Assembly: GCA_951406725.2 (NCBI GenBank)
Contig: OX597832.1
Location: 46,314,001 to 46,378,000, forward strand
Origin: Octopus vulgaris
Lineage: Eukaryota
Direction: 5' to 3'
DNA: 64,000 bases
The notes beneath the pieces were generated by a model, which saw only the letters and a program-made list of their open reading frames with translations, did not search any database and had not been told where the DNA came from. Every line of letters starts with the position of its first letter. Position 1 is the stretch's first letter. The position numbers were made by a program, and so were the translations under genes. This document shows, piece after piece, positions 1-13,259 of the stretch.

Positions 1-533
1 CAGTGAGAATGTGAAATTGTTCAATTAAACTATACTCTTGTTTCTTTCATTCACTCTCTCCTTCATCCCTTATTCTTTCTTCCCCTCTCTTCATCCCTCT
101 CCTGCAATTTTTCCCCAGTCTTATATCTATTTCATTTTCTGTCTCTGTCTCTCTTTCTCTCTGTCTCTCCTTCTGTATATCTCTGGATATATTCTCTAAA
201 TAGTCATCTTACCTACTCATGTGTACACGCTGCTAACATCATGGCAATTATCGCCTTGATTTAATAGACTTTCAATAACATCACCGCTATCTAAACAATT
301 ACTTCTCAGATATTATTACCTGTGTGTTTATCAATGTCAGATTTATCTGGCTCATTCGCACAAAATTCTCGGTCTATGGAACCAAAGGTCGTGAGCTTAT
401 ATCACGCTACAGACGCATCATCGTATATTTTCATATAATATTTACTATTCAGTGACGCAGTGATGAAATTCAGAGATATGCCCCAGGCAACAGAATGTAG
501 TCGGTGTGTGTGCGTGTGTGTGTGAGTGTGAGC

Positions 534-585
<52 letters not shown>

Positions 586-606
586 GTGTGTATCTATCTA
601 TCTCTA

Positions 607-641
<35 letters not shown>

Positions 642-1290
642 TTAGATAGATAGATATTGGAACTAAGCCAACATCGACCCTCATCTCTCTACTAGAACTT
701 ACTTTATCGATCCGGAAATGATGAATTCGAACTTAGTACCATCAAGCATTTCCCAAATTTCTTAACGATCTCTCCTCGTTATAATATAATATAATGTAAT
801 ATAATATTAAAATATTACTATCAGTAATAAGAAATTCTAGGAAGAGGTGAAGGGCAGAAGGCCTTCAAGGTGAATCTGTTCCCTTTTCATGCAAGTGTTT
901 AAAGTCACCGGACAGCATCCAGGTATTGACACATGCAGAGCACAACCATTGCTGTCACATTCTCCTGTGCTGCTATATGAATTGCAATTTACTTCTTCCA
1001 AGGGGTTCAAGGTAATCCCCAAAACAAGGTATACTGGTTACCGCAATAAATTTTGTTTGAGACACCTTTTGAACGTAAGGTATATTATGCCTTTTCAAAT
1101 ATACTTTTATTTTGCCTTGGCCAGATACAGCTGAAGTTCTTCTCAGTTGCTTCTGAAATATAATACACATAATATAACGGGAATATAATATGAAATGCAA
1201 AATATAGTCAAAATATTGGATAAATACAGCATCCAAACAAAATAAACACAATCTAATACTAAAATATAATGCAGTTATATAATTTTGTCA

Positions 1291-1605
1291 TCTCTCTATA
1301 TATAAACGACAAAATGTATCTCTGTGTGTGCTTACTTTATACAAATCACAATTGTTCAGTTAGAGGGCTCGCATTTTCTATGGTCATTCAAACCGTCCAA
1401 GGGTAGTAATGCACATCTTTACATTTCCCCAGTCACCCTGCAAAGCCATTAATAAAAATCAATAGAAGTGACTTTTTTGTGAATTTTTTATCCAAAACCC
1501 AATCAAAATGCCCGAAACTTGATACGCCAATTGAATGCCAGCTAGCTGTATGTGATTGGTTGGAGATTTGGACAGTACTCGCGTGTTGCCGGGTCATAGT
1601 GCTAG
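1291..1605 (+). mobile_element. Non-autonomous Helitron-like element
   Basis: Starts TCTCTCTATATATAAA right after a host A and ends CTAG right before a T (A|T insertion, no TSD). Short subterminal hairpin ACTCG-N8-CGGGT just upstream of CTAG. Confidence 0.7.
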
Positions 1606-1763
1606 TTTTAATATAAAACAATAATATTACCACCGGTAGGTCAATAACTAGTAGGTTCCGTAGAGCATAGAGTTTAGATGGTTCCTTTCTGTGCCCCTTC
1701 GGAATTGTCGCCAGTCGAGTGCCATTTTGTCGTTTGATGCGGTAGAAGAGATCAAATATATTA

Positions 1764-1995
1764 TATTTCTTTATTGCCTACAAGGGGTTAAACATAGAGA
1801 GGACAAGCAAGAACAGACAAGCTGATTAAGTCGATTATATCGACCCCAGTGCGTAACTGGTACTTATTTAATCGACCCCGAAAGAATGAAAGGCAAAGTC
1901 GCCCTCGGCGGAATTTGAACTCAGAATATAGCGGCAGACGGAAAAACCGCTAAGAATTTCTCCCGGCGTGCTAACGTTTCTGCCAGCTCCCCGCC
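1764..1995 (-). mobile_element. SINE family B (tRNA-like head, GTCGACTTTGCCTTTCATCCTTTCGGGGTCGAT core)
   Basis: Reverse complement matches the copies at 8332, 47129 and 54696; B-box-like GAGTTCAAATTCC. Confidence 0.9.
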
Positions 1996-2069
1996 TTAAG
2001 ATAAAGCATATTATGGTACATGTTAATTCCGTGTACCCTGGAAAAAACATGGAAGATGATATTCGTCTC

Positions 2070-2530
2070 GCGAACGATTGTATGTTGACAGATGCAAGAA
2101 GAGTTTAAAATCTGTAAATGGGATTCTACAGAGGGACTTTCTGAGAACGGAAGAAGGCAATATTCGGTCAGACACTTAGTGCAGAGGTAGGGCTGAAGGA
2201 TAACAGATGGGAGAAATTAAGAAGAAATATGAGTGAATCGGGTGTTGCTCAGTAGAGGGCTTTCGTCAGTGCGTGCCAAAATACATGCATCTGTTGCAGC
2301 AGTACACCTAGATATGGAAGGAGATTTGAATTGAGATGTAAAATGGATTTGTAGAGGGTGAGTATTTTTTAGATTTTTATAAAGAAGAAAATCGGTCTTT
2401 GTTATGCAGTATTCAGTATCCTTAGTACGTGCTTTCGAAAAGGTAGAATCTCGGGATTAACGAAACGTAGAATTTGTAGATACATGAAGTAATCTGGTCG
2501 CATTCCGTTCATAATTGATGGGTGGAATAC
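2070..2530 (-). mobile_element. Possible heavily decayed non-LTR retrotransposon ORF2 3' fragment
   Basis: Minus-strand pieces translate as ILTLYKSI and FFRSQKVPL*NP, loosely like CR1/L2 C-terminal motifs; many disruptions. Confidence 0.3.
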
Positions 2531-3136
2531 GTTTTGATAATTCTTTGGCCTTTATATGTAATGATTATGCCTTGCACTACTGAACGAGTCACGGCAGATA
2601 TGATCATTTATGGGAGTTATGAACGTTACTGACACATACAAAGAAGAATATGATATAACGACCATGTAATGCATTGTATGAAATCCGCTCTACACCCACA
2701 ATAGCGAATAAGTGACCTTTGTCTGAAAAACAGCTATTATAAACTGCTGCAAGTCTATTAACTATTGCCCTATTGCTTATGAAAAACCAAGTTGATGGTT
2801 TTAGGCGTTGCTTGAATAACGAAATTTAAATAGTTTTCAATTTCATCTTTACTATTTGCACTAAATTCATATCCATTACCGGGAGAGACATTTATTGGTG
2901 TAATATAGGAAGTATTTATTGCAGTGATACTGCAAAAGTACTTCATCCGTTTTTCTGTTCTAAAGTAGTTATCTTGTTTCAACATGAGAATTATGTTCTG
3001 TTACGCTTTTACATCCTGTTCTTGCTGTGTTATAACACAAGATATTCGTTTTAGAGCTATTCTCATAAACACAGTATTTTGTATTTAGAGATGGGTTTCC
3101 ATAAACAACTGAAACTAAAGAGACACATATCGCATA

Positions 3137-3290
3137 GGCGCGGGAGTGGCTGTGTGGTAAGTAGCTTGCTAACCAACCACATGGTTCCGGGTGCAGTCCC
3201 ACTGCGTGGCATCTTGGGCAAGTGTCTTATACTATAACCTTGTGACTGGATTTGGTGGACGGAAAATGAAAGGAGCCCATCGTATATATG
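3137..3290 (+). mobile_element. SINE family A, 5' half
   Basis: GGCGCGGGAGTGGCTGTGTGGTAAGTAGCTTGC head matching the other A copies; ends at the internal microsatellite. Confidence 0.9.
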
Positions 3291-3397
3291 TGTATGTGTG
3301 TATGAGTGTGTGCATACAGAGAGAAGGCGAAATGGTATATGAGTAAACACATTCAGTAAAATATACATATACTTTATACATTTATATTTTGTTTCTT

Positions 3398-3529
3398 ACA
3401 CACACACACACATATATATATGTGTGTGTGTGTATGTATATATGCATATATATGTATATATGTATGTATATATGTATATATATATATATATATATAATAT
3501 ATGTACATATATATATATATATATATATG

Positions 3530-3573
<44 letters not shown>
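3398..3573. repeat. Compound (CA)n/(TG)n/(TA)n microsatellite
   Basis: Direct inspection. Confidence 0.95.
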
Positions 3574-3577
<4 letters not shown>

Positions 3578-5067
3578 AATATTTGTTGTGCAAGATTTTT
3601 TATGTGAAGTCGTGTGTTGAAACAGATATTGTTATATTTAGGAATGGTCATTTTGCCAGTTTAGCCAATAAAAACACACGCACTATATATTTGGTGTTAC
3701 TTTGCTTCAGTGTTATTTATTTTTTACATTAATCTTAATCTTATTTCGGCCAGAGTTCTTTCGTCACACTCCTGTGACCGCATCAGTGGTCCTTTGTTTT
3801 CTTCTTACTTATTTGTGTCTCTCCTTACTAACCGTCAGCCATTTTGTATTTCTATTGTATGTCTTCATTTGCGCATGCTTATATCTCTATGTGCGTTTAT
3901 GTTTATTTAGTGTGTGTATGTGGGGGATGCCTGTAATATTTGTATCTTCTGTTTATATATATATAAGGCGTAATCATTACATATAAAGGCCGAAGACTTA
4001 TCAAACGCATTCTATCCATTAAATATATGTGTGTGTGTGTGTGTGTGTTTAATACTTTTTAACACATGACGACTAAATATATTTGTTAATGAACCACAGG
4101 GAACTGATTCTTTAGAGAGTACAAGGTAACAAAAAAATTAGCGTTTTACGCACTCTGGATAAGCTATGATGTGCTTCGCCTAAAATCGCCTTGCTATCTG
4201 TATTGGAGATATATCTAAAGTCGATATGGCAATCTGACTGCCATGACATGGATTTCTAGCAGGTAGAATGTAGAGTATTATTCGGATTTACACGAAAAAT
4301 ATCAAAGTATCTGTTTGCTTCTTTTGTTGTTGATGCAAAAATGATGACACGAAGGAAAACAACAGCAATGACAACATCACCAACAACTGAACAGGCATAG
4401 AAACAAAATATAAATTTAAGAGACAAATAGGAAATAAAATTTTTGTGATATTTAGAAACTATAATTTACTGGCCGGCTGTTAGGGCGTAATGTTTACAAA
4501 TTAAGACGAATCCAAACGTAAAAAGAAAGAAAATACAAAAAGAACAATCAATAATAAAAAAAAAGGACAAAGTATAGAGTAAAATAATTTCTTTTCATTT
4601 TTCAACGGGCAAAGTAAATATCACTTAATGATTATGCATAGTAGTACAAACAGGGCAGTAACACCTTAATAACGTTAACTCTGGCATAATGATAACAACA
4701 ACAATAGTAATTAGAAATAAATGAAGCCAAAAGCAACAACAACAACAACAACAACAGTAGCAGCAATAATAATAATACTACCACTAATAATAATATTACT
4801 AATATAATCGAAATAGGAAGGAAATTATCCATCGGGAGTTAGGAATAACATACTAGCGTGCATCACACATAAACATCATTATTTCAATTAGCGAGAGATA
4901 TTAGCAGTTTAATTCTTATGCTTGGCAAAATATGTTATGATCAAAACAAAGCGACCTCTTCTGGTGTTGTTCGTTGTTGCTTTTAGGTCGGTTTTTAGTT
5001 TGTCCATTTTTCGCTTTTAACTCTTCGCTCTTAATACATTATTTGTGTGTAGTTGTGCCTTTACTTC

Positions 5068-5099
5068 TGTATGTATGTATGTATGTATATATGTGTGTG

Positions 5100-5133
<34 letters not shown>

Positions 5134-5510
5134 TGTATGTATGTATGTATGTATGTATGTATGTGTGTTTGTATGTATGTGTGTATGCATGTGTGTATGC
5201 ATGTGTATGCATGTGTATGTATGTGTGTATGCATGTGTGTATGCATGTGTATATATATGTATGCAAGTGTGTATGCATGTGTGTAGGTATGTATGTATGT
5301 ATGTATGTATGTGTGTATATATGTATGCATGTATGTATGTATGTATGTACGTGTCTGCGTATGTATGCATGTATGTATGTATGTGTGTATGCATGTATGT
5401 AAGTATGCGTGTATATGTACACACACACACACACATATATATATACACATATATACATATTCTCATGGTTTTATGTATATCATTATGTATGTCTCTCACT
5501 CATCTTGCGG

Positions 5511-5579
<69 letters not shown>

Positions 5580-5685
5580 CAAACATATGTGTTTATATAT
5601 TTGTATATTTACGTTCACACACATATATATCTATATACATACATACATGCAAACATACATACATACATACATACACATGCACATA
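5068..5685. repeat. (TATG)n-dominated compound microsatellite with CA/TA tracts
   Basis: Direct inspection; source of the VCMY/HTYI ORFs. Confidence 0.95.
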
Positions 5686-6355
5686 TGAAGTGTGAAAGAC
5701 GTCTCCCCTTTTTTTTCTTTGTGCTTACCTACATGGATAGTGGTGTACTCAATACATGTTTTATTGTATATTCATTTGTCCAAACATGCCGATTCATTCT
5801 GAAACTACATCGAGATTTTTGATCGATGTTTTTTCAGGCTACTATGGAGATGACGGATTCGTTTTTAGATGCAGTTAATTATCATTTGGCCCACATACTT
5901 TTTTCATTGGTCGCATGATCTCAGGTTCCATTTCCGTTGGTGTTTACTACGTACCAAATGAAATATAAAAATCTACTAATTACTGGGAGATTGTTAGAAA
6001 TAACAATTAAAAAACATTAGAAGGGTCTACGTTACTTACATTCGGAGAAACTGGAAACCCGAAAGTTCGGTCGCTCTTGATGTTTATCCTGGTTTGTCAC
6101 AGATTTCTCGAAACGTCTAAGAATGATGAATCAATGGAATGATATGTCAGTGGAATGTAAAGCATAACATTTGTCTATGGGTGGCAACATGTTGATATTC
6201 CGCATCCTCTGTCGAAACTTTGAGGTGACTGGGCACTTTAGCATGTTTCAGTAGCTGTACTGAAACTGTCACGTTGACAGTTTCAGGGTGTTGTTTTATA
6301 ATAAAATGTTCGGTAGCCTTCGTTAGAATGTACGTGCGACCATTTTTCTACGTAT

Positions 6356-6560
6356 ACTCTTTTACTCTTTTACTTGTTTCAGTCATTTGACTGCGTCCAT
6401 GCTGGAGCACCGCCTTTAGTCGAACAAATCGACCCCTGACTTATTCTTTGTAAGCCCAGTACTTATTCTATCAGTCACTCTTTGCCGAACCGCTAAGTGA
6501 CGGCGACGTAAACACACCAGCATCGGTTGTCAAGCTAGGGGGACAAACACAGACACACAA

Positions 6561-6628
<68 letters not shown>

Positions 6629-6788
6629 GACAGGCTTCTTTCAGTTTCCGTCTACCAAATCCACTCACAAGGCTTTGGTCGGCCCGAGGCTATAGCAGAA
6701 GACACTTGCCCAAGGTGCCACGCAGTGGGACTGAACCCGGAACCATGTGGTTGGTAAACAAGCTACTTACCACAGCCACTCCTACGCC
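6356..6788 (-). mobile_element. SINE family A, full length
   Basis: tRNA-like head, internal (TA)n(TG)n tract, and (GTAAAAGA)n tail on the minus strand. Confidence 0.92.
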
Positions 6789-8331
6789 TATGAAAACTGA
6801 TCGTCTCTTCTGCTTAATATGAATGCAATTTCAATGTAATTTTCTCTTTTAGTGTGGATTTAATCTTGTAAACATCTTGTATGGGAATTGTCAGTTGAGT
6901 GGGCAGTTTAACAATACTGCTTTAAGTTGCATTTCAGCATTTAAGTTGCTGAGTTGCTTCAATTATTTGCGTTTTAGTAGAACATCGATTGAGTTAGGAT
7001 GGAGGTGCACTGTTATGTAGAAAACTGCAGCTGTGTGATTCGTTATTTCCTTTAATTTTATATATCTAAGTGTGACAAAAGATTTGATACGAATTAAATA
7101 CAGCAAGGACTTGATTTATATTATGGGATAAATGTATTGTTTGGCTGTTTTGTATAATTTGCTTTTTGCTAAGTCTACTAATCGCAAATGCTGCGTTATC
7201 TTCTTTTTACTTATTCATTGAATATTTTCTGTCAACTGTTGTTTGAACATAACTTCACAAAAAATAATTAAATAGACAAACATTAGCTTACATTCTTCGA
7301 CGAATAAATACATGTTAGCTATGACATATATTAATGAGACACAAGAATGTTAGAACAGGCGACATGCGAATGCAGGTAAACTTTATATAGTGACTATGTC
7401 TGGTAAAATATTAAACTTTAATTTTTAATTTACATTGAAATTTAATACACGTTAGAGAAGGAAAAATGAAATGCAATATGAAAACAACAAATTCCTTCTG
7501 GATTTAACTCTACTCTTATGCTTTGCGTTGAGCAACAAACGTTCATTTGCACATCCTCCAATATTTAGAGCAAGGAACCTACATGGATCGGCAGAAAGCA
7601 GGGTGAGAGAAAAATAACTTGATATGTGAAATCTACAGAATAAAAACAAATTCAATGTTAATTTGAGAAAAGACTACGAACTCATTATGAACCAGGAATT
7701 AAAAGTACAAAACTATTCAACTCTGTTTTTTTATTTCGACGAGCACTTAGTTGTTAAGTGAATAACAATTAAAATGTAAATTGAAAAACCAAAAACATTT
7801 TGCATCAGTCGTAAAAAATATTTAATGTAGATAGAAATTATAAACAGAAAGTGTTCCTTACAGCTGTTTCTAGAATAGCCAAGCATGCGGACCATGATAT
7901 TGAGTAAAGAATTTCTATACGCTATGTATAATATATTTAATTCTTAGAGTACAACTGTTTTCAACGCTACGGCTAAACGCTCGCAGGCTGCATTCATCAT
8001 GATTTTCAATTATAATTACGAAATAATAAAAGATATTTAGTTCATTATATAAGACGCATATATCACAAGAGATACATATGCGAGCGAACTCGTTACACGT
8101 ATGATATATATATATATCCGGACTTTTCGAGGATTGCTTTGCAGGACGAAACTTCGAAGTAAATACTCTTCGTGTTAAAGAACAATCGAGACGTGCCTAG
8201 CAAAAGTATTGAATAATGCTTCAGTTTTTATTAGAAAATAAAAGCAAAACTTGAAACATGCATATGTGTGTATGCGCGCGCGAGTATTTGTTTGCATGTG
8301 TGTTTGTGTGTGTATGTATGTATATATGCAT

Positions 8332-8561
8332 GCGGCGAGCTGGTAGAAACGTTAGCAAACCGGGCGAAATGCTTTGCGATATTTCGTCCGCCGCTGCGTT
8401 CTGAGTTCAAATTCCGCCGTGGTCGACTTTGCTTTTCATCCTTTCGGGGTCGATAAATTAAGCACCAGTTACACACTGGGGTCTATGTAATCGACTTAAT
8501 CCGTTTGTCTGTCCTTGTTTGTCCCCTCTGTGTTTAACCCCTTGTGGGTAGTAAAGAAATA
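8332..8561 (+). mobile_element. SINE family B, near full length
   Basis: GCGGCGAGCTGGTAGAAACGTTAGC ... CCCCTTGTGGGTAGTAAAGAAATA. Confidence 0.92.
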
Positions 8562-9144
8562 TATATATATTCATGTGTATATACATGTATATACATATAT
8601 ATTTATGTATGCTAATACATTATATATATATATATCTGTGTGTACGTCTGTTCTAAGTATATAAATGCATGTGTGTGTCATATACATATATACATATTTA
8701 TATATGCATATACATGCGTATGTGTGTTTGAAGGTGTGCATGCTTGTATAAATTCGTGTGTCCCTATGCGTAGTATGTAATCCATATATGCTATAGATAC
8801 GGACACGTACACACTTACACAGACTCACAAACACACAAGCATACGAACACACGAGCACTGACACACACACAGACACGTTTTAGTCTTTTAGGAACTGCCT
8901 CAATTTTCGGTTCATTTTCATTGAATTGCATAACCAAACCGACACTGGAATAACCATTATATCATCGTTTAAATGGTAACATGCTAGCAAAATACTTTCG
9001 CCCAATTTACTACAATGAGGTTGCATCTGAGATTTATTCTGATGCACAAAAAATGCATATATCAAGGCTAAATTAATTTGCAGAAGAATATAAGCGAGTT
9101 TACTAAGGATCTAAAGCTGTTCCTAAGTCTTTGGATGTAAATAT

Positions 9145-9244
9145 NNNNNNNNNNNNNNNNNNNNNNNNNNNNNNNNNNNNNNNNNNNNNNNNNNNNNNNN
9201 NNNNNNNNNNNNNNNNNNNNNNNNNNNNNNNNNNNNNNNNNNNN
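9145..9244. other. Assembly gap (100 N)
   Basis: Run of n. Confidence 0.99.
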
Positions 9245-9697
9245 ACAGAGGGGACCAACAAGGACAGTCAAAGGGATTAATTCGATTACATCGAGCCCAG
9301 TGCGAAACTGGTACTTTATTTATCGACCCCGAAAGGATGAAAGGTAAAGTCGACATTGACGGAATTTGAACTCAGAACGTAACGACAGAAGAAATACCGC
9401 TAAGCATTTCGCCCGGTGTGCTAACGTTCTACCAGCTCGCTGTCTTTTCCAGCTCTGAAATACCTATTTCTTTACTACCCACAAGGGGCTAAACATACAT
9501 GGGACAAACAAGGACAGACAAAGGGATTAATTCGATTACATCGACCCCAGTGCGTAACGGGTACTTAATTTATCGACCACGAAAGGATGAACGGCAAAGT
9601 CGACCTCGGCAGAATTTGAACTCAGAACGTAACGACAGACGAAATACGGCTACGCATTTCGCCCGGCGAGCTAACGTTTCTGCCAGCTCGCCGCCTT
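9245..9697 (-). mobile_element. Two tandem SINE family B copies (about 9245-9445 and 9463-9697)
   Basis: Both match family B reverse complement; the first is cut by the gap. Confidence 0.9.
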
Positions 9698-9991
9698 CAT
9701 AAGTATATATCATATATATATACATATTCTGATATGTATATGATTGTGACTATTCCTTCCCGTGCGGATTTGATACTTAAGACTAACATAACAGTACAAT
9801 TGAGCACTTCTGTAAAATAACCAATTTCGTGGATATTTATTGCTTTCGTCAACATTTACGAATATAATTTGACTTAACAGTAGCCTGCGTGATACCATTT
9901 CAACTATTGTCATATGTTATGGTAGCTACTTAACACTATGAGGTTATCCATAATATTTAGCTATATTGATGTGAGTGTGAATGTGTGAGTG

Positions 9992-10024
<33 letters not shown>

Positions 10025-10168
10025 GTAATATATAAATATATATACATATAAAAACGTATATGCATGTGCTAATGCATGTATCTATATGTATATATATATA
10101 CGTATATCTATCTATCTATATATATATACATATGCATATATATATGTATATGTATATGTATATCTATA

Positions 10169-10226
<58 letters not shown>

Positions 10227-10342
10227 CATACATATATAACGGGACGGTTTATGAATGAATATATATATATATACATATACATATATAAATATCTAACTCC
10301 CACTGTCTGTTTCTATGTCTCTGTATTTATATAAATATATAT

Positions 10343-10398
<56 letters not shown>

Positions 10399-10976
10399 GT
10401 ATACATGTAAACGCGCACATACTACGCACACACGTACACACACATGCATAGTTATGTGCTTGCATGTTTACGCGTGTGTTTTCACTCATTTTGCTCTCGA
10501 GTGGTGCCTTTCTTATTTGTTTCAATCTTCTTAGGAATACAGATAATTAGTAAAGTAATTTTGAAATTAGTAGGACGGCCATTGGTATATTATAGGGAAT
10601 TAGTTTCCGTCGGCAGTGAGGTGTTGATTGGAACGGCAGATAAATGTGGTGATGATGACGGCAACGCTATCGAAGATGCTAATGACGATTATTGAGAGTA
10701 CGACAGGTTATTAGGAAGCTTAATTTTCTATATTATTACAGTAACTAATGCTAGAAGATACAACTTGCTTGAAACATAAAACAAAAGTATAAATGACTAC
10801 TAATATACATACGTATATACACCTGTGTTTGTGTGAATGGTTATGTATTTAACTTAGACAACAGAAATATGTTTAATGCTATAAGACACAAACTGATGAT
10901 TGTAAAAAACCTCTGCTATAATTACCGTATGAAAATAATGACTAGGTGTCCAATTCTCAAATTTGACATGCCCAAA

Positions 10977-11135
10977 GCGCAGGCGTGTCTGTATGGTAAG
11001 AAGCTTGCTTTCCAACCACGTGGTTCCAGATTCAGTTCCGCTGCGTGACACGGTGGGCGATTGTCTTCTTCATTAACGTCGAGCCGACCAAATATTTCTG
11101 AGTGAATTTAATAGACATCAACAGTAAGAAGCGCC
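10977..11135 (+). mobile_element. Degraded SINE family A, 5' half
   Basis: GCGCAGGCGTGTCTGTATGGTAAGAAGCTTGC...TTCAGTTCCGCTGCGTG aligns to the A head with many substitutions. Confidence 0.75.
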
Positions 11136-11160
11136 TTATACTTATATATATATATATATA

Positions 11161-11190
11161 TAATTATTATTATTATTATCATTATTATTA

Positions 11191-11265
<75 letters not shown>

Positions 11266-11334
11266 TCACTGCCTGGAATCGAACTCGGAATTCTGGGGTT
11301 AGTAGCCCGCGCTCTTAACCACTACGCCATATGC
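11161..11334 (-). mobile_element. Short tRNA-only retroposon with (AAT)n tail
   Basis: Minus strand GCATATGGCGTAGTGGTTAAGAGCGCGGGCTACTAACCCCAGAATTCCGAGTTCGATTCCAGGCAGTGACCTG (A and B boxes, imperfect stems), then about 100 bp of (AAT)n. Confidence 0.8.
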
Positions 11335-11396
11335 AGTGTTGAGCAGTCATTCCATCATTCTATCTTTACGTGTATGTGTATATATATATATACAAC

Positions 11397-11610
11397 ATGT
11401 GATCTCTTGAGCACCACCAGCAAAAATATTTTTTCCTCTGTCTTCCCTTCTTGGTATCTTTCCTTCTCCTTGTTTCCGACGAAGAGCTCCGCTCGAAACG
11501 TTAAACCCTCCTTCCCTTCTTTCCTGAGCGTCAATAATACTTTAATTGTTCCACGTCCTCGGGTTGCTGTGTTTTTTTTCTCTTTTTTTTCTGTGTTTTC
11601 TTGTTTGGAT

Positions 11611-11614
<4 letters not shown>
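11397..11614 (+). mobile_element. Family E element (hammerhead-bearing, in TA repeats); core variant CCGACGA
   Basis: Matches the copies at 15855, 27150, 42761 and 48249; ends GTTTGGATTAAC|(TA)n. Confidence 0.85.
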
Positions 11615-11662
<48 letters not shown>

Positions 11663-11700
11663 GAGACAGATATAAATATTGATATATAATGTTAATAAGA

Positions 11701-12018
11701 GCACTTCGTCGGTTGCGATGACGAGGGTCTAGCTGATACAATCAATGGAAGAGCTTGCCCGTAAAATTAACGTGCAAATGGCTGAGCACTCCACAGACAC
11801 CTGTACCCTTAACGTAGTTAACGAATTTCTCAGCGTGGTACAGAGTGTGACAAGTCTCTCTGTTTGAAATACAGGTACTACTCATTTTTAGCTAGCTGAG
11901 GTGACTGGAGCAATACGTAATAAAATACTTTGCTCAAGGGCACAATGTATCGTCGGGAATTGAACTCACCAACTTAAGACTGTGAGCCGAATGCCCTAAC
12001 CACTGAGCCACTCGCCTT
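11701..12018 (-). mobile_element. Degraded SINE with D-type head and X-type tail
   Basis: Head resembles 38333 (TTGAGCAAA...TTGCTCCAGTC...AAAAATGAGTA); tail resembles 22705-22885 (ACTACGTTAAGGGTACA...GTGGAGTGCTCAGCCA). Confidence 0.8.
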
Positions 12019-12091
12019 CACAGGCACGTGCCTTCATAGTCACGTGCTTTCGCAGCCACACGCCTTCATATATAACGTACATGTATGTACA

Positions 12092-12216
<125 letters not shown>

Positions 12217-12817
12217 CAACATACACATACGTACGCAAGCGCGCGCACACACACGCACACTTATATTTAACGGAATATTTTACTAATAGATAATGGAATT
12301 TAGAAAACTGGAAAAGTTAGTGTCCTTACGAATATTATGTTGATATATTATCTCGATGTTAACTTACAAAAATGGCTGCCTTTTCTTTAACGTTTTCGGC
12401 CTAATAGTATTTAGTGTAAATCAATTTGCAGTGATATTAACTATGCAGAGCTATCCACACGATACTGCGCCAAAACAGTTTATAAACAAAAATCACAGAA
12501 TCACAAACTGACAAATAGCACTTCCCTGCATAACAATGAAATATTTTCGCACCACCAACTTCTTTATGAGGTGAAAATATTCTTTCTTTATGGAGGTGTT
12601 TGACAAGTTTATCTCAGTTTTAGTAAACATGTCAAATTGTTTGTCCCACTTTTCAATTCTCACAAATCCCTAGGTAAACTGGCGTCCGCCTATGAGTGAC
12701 AAAGAGTAAAGAGATATGAAATAAACGGTTTAGAGTAGGTCGGTGACGAAGCTTTTCAATGACAGAATCTTTTAAGGGTTTAGTGGGAGAATATTTGGAT
12801 ACAATTTACTGTATTAC

Positions 12818-13259
12818 TTAATTATAATGTGAGGTATACTTGCCATCTCAATATGGCTAACCACTAAGGGTGGGTGTTACTGTAGCTTGTAGCCCCAGGA
12901 GAACATCGTCTCAGCTGGCTTTAGGCACACTTTCTGTGCCCTTATGGTATTTGCAAAGGGAGGTCATCCTTCCCTCGTCAACCTAAGTGTTACGCACGGA
13001 CCTGAGTACAGGTCAGTACCTAGAAACTGCAGTCCGTGCGTATTACTTAGTTTGACGAGGGAAGGATGACTGACCTCCCTTTGCAAATACCGAAAGCATA
13101 CAGAAAGTGTGCCTAAAGCCAGCTGGAGACGATGATCTCCTGGGGCTACAAGCTACAGTAACACCCACCCTTAGTGGTTAGCCATATTGAGAAGGCAAGT
13201 ATACCTCACATTGTCGTGCAGTTACTGTTTATACCTCGGTCAGAGATTTAATTATAATG
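12818..13259 (+). mobile_element. Foldback insertion, Penelope-like terminal structure with 12-bp TSD
   Basis: Inverted arms 12826-13001 and 13032-13212, a 35-bp one-sided extension 13213-13247, and direct repeat TTAATTATAATG at 12818-12829 and 13248-13259. Confidence 0.8.
13002..13040 (+). ncRNA. Hammerhead-like motif (variant core) at the foldback apex
   Basis: CTGAGTA-c-AGGT cagt ACCT-a-GAAAC TGCA GTC-CGTGCG: stem II, GAAA, palindromic stem III ACTGCAGT and GUC triplet. Core position 8 is U instead of G. Confidence 0.6.

Noticed and set aside
5820-7460. Possible decayed Penelope RT/GIY-YIG coding region
   Set aside because: I could not recover convincing motifs by hand translation; needs a profile search.
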